Assembly: GCF_004010195.1 (NCBI RefSeq)
Contig: NC_057719.1
Coordinates: forward strand, 80,453,868 to 80,517,867
Direction of reading: 5' to 3'
Source: Chiloscyllium plagiosum
Taxonomy: Eukaryota
DNA length: 64,000 nucleotides
Position numbers and translations under genes: made by a program. Of this stretch, positions 11,893 to 20,970 are shown piece by piece. The number at the start of each line of letters is the position of its first letter. Position 1 is the stretch's first letter. The notes below the pieces were generated by a model that was not told the origin of the DNA, searched no databases, and worked only from the letters and a program-made list of their open reading frames with translations.

Positions 11893-11947
11893 TAGCCAGA
11901 GACACCCACATACCATGAATGAATTTAAAAAATACCATTGAGACATT

Positions 11948-12020
11948 GGCAACAAAAGAAACAGAAATTGCTGGAGAAACTCAGCAGGTCTGGCAGCATC
12001 TGTGGAAAGAGAGAGAAAGC
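11948..12020 (-). mobile_element. Terminal fragment of a related PLE subfamily
   Basis: aacagaaattgctggagaaactcagcaggtctggcagcatctgtgga is similar to the ctggaaaagcgcagcaggtcaggcagcatc block. Confidence 0.65.
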
Positions 12021-12567
12021 TTTCTTTGACGAAGCTTTTGATTGCCTGTCTTAATATCTGATGGGTTTCTGTGTCAAACTTTGCTTGATAATACATCTTC
12101 AAGGCACCTTGTTTTAGTATATTAAAAATGTTACGTAAATTAAAAGTGTTTAGTGAATTCCTGTCAGGTCACTAAAGGGAGAGGCGGAAGTGTGGGTGTT
12201 TTTGCTGCTGACATACATACAGCTGATGGATGGTGTCTCTCAGAGAATGTGGCAGCCCATTCCAGTCATAGTTTGTGAAACATATAACCACCCAAAGTAC
12301 GGCTGTCATTCATTTAGAGGCTAAGAACACGGCTGACAGCATTCTTCGTTTTCAACAACATTCACTGCTTGAGCAATTCCATCCCAGTAAACTGGCCGCC
12401 ATGGTAATTGTCACAATCTGTAGCCTGACATGCAGCAAAAAGATGGGGGCAGCTCATGCATCTGACGCAGCTGAGGACAAACACAATTGCATAGCTAGCA
12501 AGGCTCAAAAAAGGCGAGTGTTAAACATTGTCCTTCACCCAATGACGTGTAATATCCTTCATCCTTT

Positions 12568-12915
12568 CATAGACTCCCTACAGTGTGGAAGCAGGCCATT
12601 CAGCACATCGAATCCACGCCGACCCTCAGGACAGCATCCCACGCAGGCCCACCCCCTCTGCTCTAGAATCCTACATTTCCCATGGCTAATCCAACTAACC
12701 CTGCACATCCCTGGACATTACGGGGCAACTTAGTATGGCCAATCCACCTAACCTGCACATCTTTGGACTGTGGGAGGAAACCGGAGTACCTGGAGCAAAC
12801 CCACGCAGACACGGGGAAAACGCGCGAACTCCACACGGACAGTCACCCGAGGGTGGAATTGAGCCTGGGTCCCTGCTATGAAGCAGCGGTGTTAACTATT
12901 GAGCCACTGTGCCGT
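12568..12915 (-). mobile_element. HE1-type V-SINE, near full length
   Basis: catagactccctacagtgtggaagc...ctttggactgtgggaggaaaccggag...gagccactgtgcc. Confidence 0.92.
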
Positions 12916-13884
12916 ACCATAGGTTTATATGCAACAAGCAAGATAACAAATTTCATATTATAGTACCTTTAATCCAGTAAAACAGCTCAGGGCTTTTTCA
13001 AGGCCAATTGTCAAGGAAGTTGGGGAGGCTGGAAACGTCAAGTCTAGAGGAAACAAATGTAAGGTTAAAGAGATTGGCAGAGTGACAGAGCCATGCGGCT
13101 AGTTACTTGCTTGACTGAAATATCAATGTTAGGAGTTTGCCAGCAGACAGAATGCTGGTGTTTATTCATCCGTGACTAAAGTGCATTGCCGGGAACAACT
13201 GAGCCCATATATTAGTGCATTATTATTCCTTGGCAATGGTGAACCACATTTCTGGCACTCTTGGTCTAGTCCCTGTGGACAGCTATTAATAATGTTTCAG
13301 ATAAACATTTCAGTCCTAACACATCCCAGTGCAGTGGACTCAGGATGGCCAGATCCCTATTGGGACAGCTTGTAATAACCAACAGTATTCTAACTCACGT
13401 TCCAACCTGTGCAGAACAAAAATAAAAATTAAGCTTTTTACCAGCAGAACGACGTTTACTGGTATCAGACTTAATTGGTCACGTGAAGCCTACAACCTCG
13501 ATTACACCTTATTATACCTGTTCCCAAGTGTCCAGGAAATCATGTTAAATTCATATAGGGACCACCTTATGAAGATCCAGGATGAGTAACAAGTCCTATG
13601 TGGGCTGGTTCTTGGCTGTTTGGAGGGCAGAGGGGATATGAGAGAATCCATGTAAAAGCAGCCCTTAAAGTGAGTGAAAACTCTGTCAAAGGTCTACAAC
13701 AGTTGAAGGAAGTTCACACGGCACAAAGAGATTCTCCTGTTCTGCATTAGCGGTCAACAATTTTTATAATGATATTTTTTCTCTCATCGCTAATTGACAG
13801 TGGTAGCTTCCTTCTTGTCACTTTGGTAGATGTGTCACACAAAACGAATGGTTTGCTATCCCCTCACACGGTATCTTAACAGTC

Positions 13885-14062
13885 AACCACCTGACTGTAA
13901 GTCCGGATCCACTAGGAATGACAAGCTTCCTTGTCTGAAGGATAATAATGCGCCAGTCAGGTATTTACAACTGGACAGTTTCACAATTACGGTGCTGATA
14001 TAAGCTTTCCAATTCTGAATTATTTCAATGCAATCTAAAGTTGTAAATGGCAATGCTGAGAG
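13885..14062 (-). mobile_element. Partial copy of the second SINE family
   Basis: Diverged reverse complement of the 11440-11640 body (agtcaaccac, agcttccttgtctgaagga, gtttcacaattac, attctgaattatttcaa). Confidence 0.5.
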
Positions 14063-14559
14063 ATGAATTCCAGGCTTTTGCAAGGTGTGAGTCAGCCTGA
14101 GTTTGATGGAGTCAAGCCAAACCAGTTTTCGCATTGTCTTTGAACAATCTCGTCGTGTTGATTGGTGTTTTAGCCTTCATGGCAAAAATCATGTCCAAAT
14201 TCTGCCCCCCGGAGCAACTCGCCACTTTGTGGATATCCTGGAATTGAATGGCATTCATTGCGTCGGCAAGAGCTTTAAAAAGTCAAAGTGCACACAGACA
14301 AACACTGTCGGTCCCGAGCTGCCTTGCATGGTTCCTGACATCTGTCCCTGACAGGAGGAAATTATGGCCCTTTATTTGCAGACACGACCCTGGAGTTCCT
14401 GTTGGATGGGGTGGTACACAGACAGGACTTCTTCTTGCCCCCCCCCTTCAGGACCAGCAGTAAAGGCCTTGGCACCAGACCATGCCTTTCGGAACCAGTC
14501 TCAGCTGTCTGGAGAAATGTCCGGTTCTGTGGAAAGAAGATCAGTGCCCTTCTCCACTT

Positions 14560-15032
14560 ATCCATGAGTGTGACGGAATTCTCCCCACTTGCCTGCAGCT
14601 GCACCAACACTCAAGAAGCTTGACACCATCCAGGACACAGCAGCACGCTTGATTGATGCCAGAGATGCAAATATTCAGCCCCTCCACCACCAATGCTCAG
14701 CAGCAGCAGTGTGCACTATCTGTACAACGCACTGCAGAACTTCACCAAAGATCTTCAGACAGCACCTTCCAAACCCACGACCACTTCTATCTAGAAGGAT
14801 AAAGATAGCAGGAACATCTTCAAGTTCCCCTCTACTCATCAGCCTGACTTGGAAATATATCACCTTCCTTCACTGTTTCTGTGTTAAAGTCCCGAAATTC
14901 CCTCCTTACTGTCAACCCATTGCAGTGGTTCACAAAGACAGCTCATCATCACTTTCTCAATGACAACCAAGGATGGACAATAAATGCTGGCCCAGTCAGT
15001 GACACCATGTCCCATAAGTAAGTACAAAAAAT
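14560..15032 (+). mobile_element. 3' end of a CR1-group LINE (second family)
   Basis: AAPTLKKLDTIQDTAARLI...LHHQCSAAAVCTI; tail ggacaataaatgctggccca. Confidence 0.85.
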
Positions 15033-15240
15033 CTCACCATGCTGTCTGAAAAAAGTGTAAAATGTACAATGAGATGATCTTCACTGAACATCTTGCCCAA
15101 TTCTGCCACCCAACTCACCATAGCCCCCATCACTCACAGCATGAGTCTTTGAATTGCCAGCCCAGAGGCATGGATTACTCATCCAAACATACAACCACTG
15201 AGGGCACTGGTTAGCCAGCTAGTTAGCGTTTGGACCCAGA

Positions 15241-15492
15241 TTGAATTGAATTGAATTTATTGTCACGTGTACCGAGGCACAGTGAAAAGTTTTGTCTTGC
15301 GAGCATTACAGGCAGATCACAGAGTTAAGTAGCAAAGATAAGTAAATAATAGGTAAACTGCGGCAAAAACGAAGTAATTTTTAAAAGTATGCTGTTAAGT
15401 TTAAAGAGTGTAGGACGATTGTAGAAAATAGGAAACTTAGCTCTGCAGGCAGGAACTCGCAAGGAGTTGACCATATCCAGCGCCATCTTGCA
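15241..15492 (-). mobile_element. Short non-autonomous Rex1/Babar-derived element
   Basis: Minus strand starts caagatggcgctgga and ends ttttcactgtgcctcggtacacgtgacaataaa(ttcaa)n, the same tail as the Rex1 LINE at 26030-26085. Confidence 0.7.
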
Positions 15493-15659
15493 TCGCCAGC
15501 AGGGATTTTGCTGGCTGGGCCGGTATTTATTGCTCTTCCTTGTTGCCCTTGGGAATGTGATGTTCAGCTGGCCTCTTGAACCGCTGCAGTCCATGTGCTG
15601 TAAATGGACCCACAACACCATTTGGAAGGAACTACTGGGATTTTGATCTCACAGCCTTT

Positions 15660-16100
15660 GAGCTGCAAGATGTGAACTGCTGCTTCAATAATAAAGCAGG
15701 GTGATACTGCGTCTCTGAGTGTCTCTTGACAGACTCATCTCATCTCTCGTTCACATTTTCTTCATTCTGTTCCTTCACTGAGTGATTTATGGCCCAGAGC
15801 TCCGCCTCTAAAGTGCCTTTGCATAAAAAACTTCCACAAATAGAAGCTGCTGGTGTTCTCTGTTTGATGCTGAAGCATCTTTATAAACTTGTCGACTGAT
15901 CTGAATTAATGCATATTTAATGCAGAATGAACACTGAATTTGAACCTACCTTTCTAGTAAATTGTTTTTTATATCGAAGTAACAGCTCTGAGACAAGACT
16001 GTCAGCACTCATGATGCATCCTCTGTCATGAACAACATAAAGAGCTGTTCTCTGTCACTAGTATTCTTCAAAAACAATTCCATCCATAGTTAAGTAGCTC
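15660..16100. promoter_or_regulatory. Candidate enhancer with Meis and Pbx-Hox motifs
   Basis: Repeat-free island; TGACAG 15727-15732 and TGATTTATGG 15783-15792. Motif evidence only. Confidence 0.35.
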
Positions 16101-16789
16101 CTTGGTATGCAAACCTGAAGAATTGCCAATCTCCTAGCAGTGTTTATCTTCCCGAGTAAGCGCAGGGACAGATGGCCCAAGGCAATCATACAGGTTGTAG
16201 TTTAGCATTGAGGGACTCAATGAAACATTATTTGGAAGGGATATAATCTGTTAGACACAAGGAGAAGATTGGAAAGCAGGCAAGGTTACTGGGGGAATTG
16301 TAAAGAAAGATTTGCACTCATGTCAGGCTTTTCACAAGCATGAGGCACTTCAGAGCATTTTAACAGTGATTGAGGTCCTTTTGAAGTCCTGCCTATGTTG
16401 TAATTTAAGAAGAGCTGGTGATGCTGGTCACCTCATTCAGCGCTGGCAAGCACTGTAGGTGAACACAAGCAAGCCCCAGAAACTGGGGTGCTGTGGTAGG
16501 CTGGCACCATTTGGTTCCGTGCCCAAATGTGGAGACCTGAGACACACCCGATAATTGGGCAAGATTTGCATGAGAACGGAGGGGGTTTCTCCTCGGATGC
16601 CTCCTGGCTGTTCTCCAAAGTGCTCGCTGGCAAATAGATTCTGAAGTTTGGGTGGCAACCCCTTCCTGCGTGGTCACGGTGGGGTGAGGAAACCTGGAGA
16701 GGGTCAAGCTGGACGCGGGAAGGTCAGCACTCCAACGGAATCAGGAGGGGCACTTGCAGTGCAATATTTTGATATACCATCCCAGCAAT

Positions 16790-18240
16790 CTTTGCAAGAA
16801 TGCTGGCAATTCAGTTCGGAATGTCAGTAAAATATATAACTCAGTGAGATAAGCAACTTTGCACAAAGCGTCAAAAGTCCTTCCAATCCTCTCCAAGCTC
16901 CTGGCAGGTTTTTAGAATCAATTGATCATGTTGATAAATTGCTCTACTGGATGAGATGAGCAACTTTGCACAAGGAAATCTGAACTTGTGAAACGATCAC
17001 TCGTTGGCCTTCGAAAATCATATTTTCAGAAAATTCTAGTGTGACCAGAAAGAACGTGCCTGTTCATTGTTGCATGTGTTCAGGTTACAGGCTGATGCTG
17101 GTCTTCTTCAGCTGGCTTTGGTCTCTAAATTCACCCTGTATGCTTCCGACCAAAATGAATGCGATTGCACGGAAACTATCTCCAAACTCAGATTCAACAA
17201 TAACCACTTTTAAATCTAGAGGACTTTGTTTCCAGCAGGATTTGGAAGTCTGTTAGGAGCATCAGGAATACTTATTTATTAACGTGCTTTATAATTGACT
17301 TCAAAATTGGATCTTTGAATGTTCACAAGTAGACATTATATTCAAGGGGATGCTCTTGAGAGAGTTTCACAGATCATTCCCAACAGTTTGTGGTCAGTAT
17401 GAACTTTGGAATCATCGCTGACTTGGTACAGATGGAACTTTTGCATTCTGAAAATGAAAATGAGAGTTTCCCTGTCTATATTGGAGTTGTTTGCATGGGT
17501 TGTGGTAAAAACTTTGGAACCAAACATAAGGAGCTTGCCTTCCTATGCTAGAGATCTTACTAAGATGCATCTATTTCCAGTATAGTAAACTTGGAGGGAT
17601 CATCATTTTGGCAAATACACAAGCTGGGACAATTAGTGTTTTGATAGATTGAATGATCTGTTGGTGACCCTCCTACTATGTATATGGTGAATTTATGTGG
17701 AGCAAATCTCACAGAGGAATAATTGGTCACAAAATTCAGAATATATGGACATCAAAGGCTGAAGAAAAGCCTTGTAAACCATCTTTGTCTTGTGGTGCAG
17801 GCATTTTCTATACATTTTCAATTCAGGTACGACCAGATCTGATGATGTTTGAAGAAGAAATTGATCTAAATAAATTGATTTGGCTCTTGTTGATTTGATA
17901 TTTTTCTCTAAGCCTTGTTTTTTTTTTGCTTCCATGAACTGATGAAAGTTCGTTTCACTGATTCTAAGATAGAGAGACAACCTAGCAGTTTCTTAATAAT
18001 ATGATCCCTATGTTGTGGATCTGATTGGTGTCATCACCACAGGGTTCGTGTCCATCGGACCCAACTTGGGTAGATCCAGGCGCTGTCTCCTTGCCTTCCT
18101 TGTGGAAGACGTTGCTGGACTGTGGGTCAGATATGCCTTTGGGCAGGCAACTGGAGAAGACGACAAAATCAGTTGTGTGTGAATTTAGCACAGGGTCCCT
18201 TCCAAAATCAATATCATGGTTTCTGAGCATTTCTTTTTAA
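16790..18240 (-). mobile_element. Decayed Ty3/gypsy pol relic (RT, RNase H, start of integrase)
   Basis: Minus-strand remnants in pol order: CLPKGIS..NVFHK, NFHQFME, KMPAPQDKDGLQGF, DDPSKFTILEIDAS, EGKLLMFGSK..SNIDRETL..QKFHLY..VHTDHKLL, ENMIFEGQRVIV; many stops and frameshifts. Confidence 0.85.
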
Positions 18241-19367
18241 AACAAAACAAAATACTGCCGCTGGGATCTCTTCAAGATTATGTAAAACTGAAACATTGCT
18301 TCTCCACTTGTGAATTCCAACCCCATTGACCTGTTTGTACTTTATTCCATGCTTCAGTACAATCATTCATCACGGGTGAGATGATTGTGGAATTAATGCA
18401 CTCAATGATTCACTAAGACTGTGAAGTGTGTTGTGACTGAGTAACTTTCAGAGTGCTAACCTGTCATTGAACCACTTTATTAATATCAAACTGCTTGTCA
18501 GTTCAGAGATTCCAATGCAGTTACCTTGACCTTTGGGAAGCGTGTGTGAAGCATAATTCTTGGAACTGCCGAGCAAATGCTTGCGACTCCCAAGGCTCTT
18601 GTGCACCACGTTCTCCCAATCAACGGGACTGCAACTGTTCATTAACCTTTGGCAAATTCACGCTGTTGGATCACCAAACGCTTACAAAAGCTGCTGGGCA
18701 TCTAGCATGGCAAATTCCAGATAACCAAAGGTGAATTGACGCCTAATGTTAGAGGTCAACTTGGATTGGTGAGGGCAGGCAAGCAGGAGCAGGCAGCCAT
18801 GTTTACAAAGGAAGGAGGAGGGTTACTGTCTTTGGATCATACTCTTTATGAACTTAAGCAACACCCCACTCCAATAGAAGATAGTAGCCTTCCTTCCTGG
18901 ATTTTAAAATCCATCACTCCACCCTTCTTGCTCCCACTTCCTATGCCTGGACCTTCTGCCTTCTTTGAACTGATCACAGTCTTGGCAGAACTCACTAACA
19001 AACTCTTGGCAATGCCCGGGCTGTTGGAACCAGCCATCAATCAAATTGACTGGCAGCTCCACCAGTGGGAGCGATGTTCCGCTGAGCACCACATCAGCCC
19101 ACCCTCAATGTGTTATTGCTTCAGGTAGGGGTTCTTACAAGTCTGGTGGCTGGGTGCCTCTTTCATTCTGGGGGGGGGTTAAGCCGTCAGCAACCTGTGC
19201 GCCCCTCTCCCTGCCCACACCCCCAACCTTAGAAAGCTTCTGGCTCTGGTATTTTAATGTTTTACATCCTTTGGAAATTTTGCTTTAAACTATGAATTAA
19301 ACTATCTTAATTCCACAGCACTGAAACTGGCCATTCAGCCCAAGTGTTCTGTGCCAGTCTTTAGCTG

Positions 19368-19820
19368 TTATAGAGTCATACAGCACGGAAACAGACCCCC
19401 TCGGTCCAATTCATTCATGCTGACTGAGTACTTAAACTGAACTAGTCCCATTTACTTGCATTCGGCTCATATCCCTTTAAACCTTTCCTGTCCATGTAAC
19501 TGTCCAAATGCCATTTAAATGTTGTAACTGTATCTGCATCTATCACTTTCTCTGGCAGTTCATTCCACATAAGAACCTCCCTCTGTGTGAAACATTTGCA
19601 CCTCCGGTCTCTTTTGAATCTTTCTCCCCTCACCTTTAAATTATGCCCTCTCATTTTGAACATCCCATCCTAGAGAAAAGACCTTGGCTATTCATCTTGT
19701 CTATGCCCCTTATGGTTTTACAAACATCTATAAAGTCACCCCCTCAACCTCCTATGCTCCCGTGATAAAGAGCCTATTCAGCCTCTCCTTATAACTCAAG
19801 CCCTCCATTCCCAGGAACAT
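19368..19820 (-). mobile_element. CR1/HER1-type LINE 3' end
   Basis: RGHNLKVRGERFKRD...FTQR..WNELPEKV. Confidence 0.93.
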
Positions 19821-19995
19821 TGTGTAATGGTTCTGAAAAGGTTACAGTTAAGACCACATTAGGCTTGACCCAATCTGATGATGACACACAGTCTTGGGTG
19901 AGAAAATGGAGTCGAGCTTGACATCTTGAGGGAGACAGATGTGTCAACTCCTGACAGTCTTAGTAATTATGCTAAACTGGTCAATATAACCTGTA

Positions 19996-20186
19996 GGAGA
20001 AAGTGAGGTCTGCAGATGCTGGAGATCAGAGATGGAAATGTGTTGCTGGAAAAGCGCAGCAGGTCAGGCAGCATCTAGGGAACAGGAGAATCGACTTCCT
20101 GAAGAAGGGCTAATGCCCGAAAAGTCGATTCTCCTGTTCCCTAGATGCTGCCTGACCTGCTGCGCTTTTCCAGCAACACATTTCCA
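19996..20186. mobile_element. PLE fold-back insertion with perfect 67-bp arms and 15-bp TSD
   Basis: Arms 20031-20097 and 20122-20188 are exact reverse complements; TSD tcaatataacctgta at 19981-19995 and 20187-20201. Confidence 0.95.
20096..20130 (+). ncRNA. Hammerhead ribozyme core motif (variant helix III)
   Basis: CTGAAGA 20099-20105, gggc-taat-gccc, GAAA 20119-20122, then AGTC rather than CGTC. Confidence 0.55.
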
Positions 20187-20834
20187 TCAATATAACCTGT
20201 ACCTTTGCTGCCATGCAGTAAACTACATCTTGTAAGACAAGTGTCTCTTCTCAATAAGACTCACTAGACCATAACTCCTCAAGGGTGTCCTCTGAGGTCA
20301 TGTACAGTCTCCTCCAATGGACATCAGAATTCAGCATTCTGCAAGAACCAGGAAAAATGCACTGTCAAATAAGTGTTCCAGGAAAATGTTTTTTCTAACA
20401 TGAATTCTGGCATGATTTAATTTATACATTTGAACCAGAATACATTTTCTATGCTGGATTTCTTTTTATGGTGTGAAAGAGGATGATCAGTAACAGAGGT
20501 AAAGTAAGGGGTGTGGCACAGTGTCAAAATGAGGAATTCAAGTGGCTTTAAACTGATATTCCTGATAGAGTTTTATTGTCTCTGTGTAGCCTGGGGATAA
20601 ACGGGGACAGTCTGGGGTGTGGTTTCCATTCCTGTTCTGCCTCCCCTTCCTCAGCTGCTCCGTAGATAGATGGGAGGGGGAGGTGATCACTAAATATTGC
20701 GCCACAAGTTAGCAAGGACATTAAAAAAGGCAAACCAAGAACCACATTTATTTTTGGGAAAGGTAGAATGCTAAACATGAGACAGACTGCATACAATTCT
20801 GATCATTATGTTACAGAAAGGATATAGTTACACC

Positions 20835-20970
20835 AGCTGAAAATGTGTTGCTGGAAAAGCGCANNNNNNNNNNNNNNNNNNNNNNNNNNNNNNNNNNNNN
20901 NNNNNNNNTGGATTTGACTGAGACAAGGTGGGGGGAGGGGAAATGAGGAAACTGGTGAAATCCGAGTTCA
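20835..20970 (-). mobile_element. PLE 3' fragment spanning an assembly gap
   Basis: Sequence on both sides of the N-run matches the PLE at 50597-50984 (gctgaaaatgtgttgctgg; tggatttgactgagacaaggtgggggg). Confidence 0.85.
20864..20908. other. Assembly gap
   Basis: Run of N. Confidence 1.

Larger units (their letters stand above)
11365..11932 (+). mobile_element. tRNA-derived SINE (second family) interrupted by a PLE fold-back
   Basis: A-box tggcctagtgg, B-box ggttcaaatcc, body ...ctggtctggcctacatgtggctccagaccc..., tail gggcaataaatgctggcctagccag...catgaatgaat. Confidence 0.85.

Noticed and set aside
12275..12733. 152-aa ORF
   Set aside because: The C-terminal third is antisense HE1 SINE, the start is non-ATG and no domain is recognisable.
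18736..19128. 130-aa ORF
   Set aside because: Non-ATG start and no homology recognised; more likely a decayed non-autonomous repeat.
19996..20186. MITE/DNA transposon or miRNA gene
   Set aside because: The arms are copies of a retroelement terminal repeat, the inversion is asymmetric and TSD lengths vary between copies; there is no expression evidence for a miRNA.
19823..20306. Possible solo LTR hosting the PLE fold-back
   Set aside because: TG...CA ends can be drawn, but there is no matching TSD and no second copy in the window.
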